This document shows, in pieces, positions 63,559 to 64,000 of a stretch of DNA of 64,000 nt (positions within the stretch are counted from its first letter, which is position 1; each line of letters starts with the position of its first letter). Below the pieces are notes generated by a model. That model had not been told where the DNA came from and made no database searches. It was given only the letters and a program-made list of their open reading frames with translations. This DNA comes from Blasia pusilla (taxonomy: Eukaryota): contig CM114271.1 in the NCBI GenBank assembly GCA_050084515.1, positions 9,486,001-9,550,000 on the forward strand, given 5' to 3'. Made by a program: the position numbers and the translations under genes.

Positions 63559-64000
63559 TTCGGATGTCAAAAAGTTGGTTATGAGGCAATTCAAGGAAGG
63601 CCATGATGCAAGCAACAATCCCTGCAAAAAGAGAGGTTGGCATCGTACCGATGCGCATCCGGGTGGTCCCGCAACAAAAATACCCATGGGCACTGCTTAT
63701 TGTAGACCGAGACAGGCAATGTGAAGAAACTTAGGCTCACATGGAGAGTGATGGAAGAATGTTTATAGTGGTCTTATGATGTCTACTTTTTTTTCACCCC
63801 TGCAAAAAGGAGGTTTCTTTAGGACCAAATGTGGACCACTGCCTACTCTCTTCTAATGATTTCATGAATTTGAAAGCAAACAAAAATTTAAAATATGTCA
63901 AAAAGTTTTGAAGAGAGGAGGCGAATTTGGCCCTTTTCTTTGAAGAGAGACTCTCCTCTCTTCCTCTCTTCCTCTCCTCTCTTACTCTCTCCTGCCAGAA

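Larger units (their letters stand above)
52130..64000 (-). mobile_element. MULE-like transposon, copy C (near full length, ~11.9 kb; far end predicted ~11 bp beyond the window)
   Basis: Starts with the family terminus GAGGTGCGGTAAGAGG. The window ends in CTCTCTCCTGCCAGAA, the subterminal sequence of the other end as seen in the miniature copy. Confidence 0.88.

Noticed and set aside
1-64000. One giant element with ~9-kb terminal inverted repeats
   Set aside because: A, B and C each have their own terminus, independent deletions and clear divergence; they are separate insertions.

Overview
Eukaryotic, land-plant-like DNA (spliceosomal introns, TATA boxes, LTR retrotransposons; a non-seed plant is plausible but unproven) made up almost entirely of nested, decayed transposable elements. 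No host gene was recognised. The main finding is a ~12-kb Mutator (MULE)-like DNA transposon present as copy A (1-8976), copy B (8977-19618), inverted near-complete copy C (52130 to just past 64000), fragment D (~25111-26148) and a 181-bp miniature derivative (13182-13362) with a 9-bp TSD. It carries two divergently transcribed, intron-containing genes: (i) a transposase with a GCM-like zinc DNA-binding domain, a DDE core and a SWIM finger; (ii) a large accessory protein that, once spliced, has a ParB/Srx-like DGNHR domain and a beta-class (N4C/N6A) DNA methyltransferase-like fold with altered catalytic motifs (DLPS in place of DPPY/SPPY). The large introns and the divergent promoter hold arrays of a 27-bp CpG-rich palindrome, GCAACCCGTCGGANTCCGACGGGTTGC, some phased at an exact 64 or 67 bp. 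The middle of the window is a four-level LTR nest with matched TSDs for the three inserted elements: an old Gypsy carrying a C5-methyltransferase motif I remnant, then Gypsy G1, then Gypsy G2 with an extra 3' ORF, then a Copia. All domain calls come from motif recognition by eye and need HMM or structure confirmation. No copy is fully intact.
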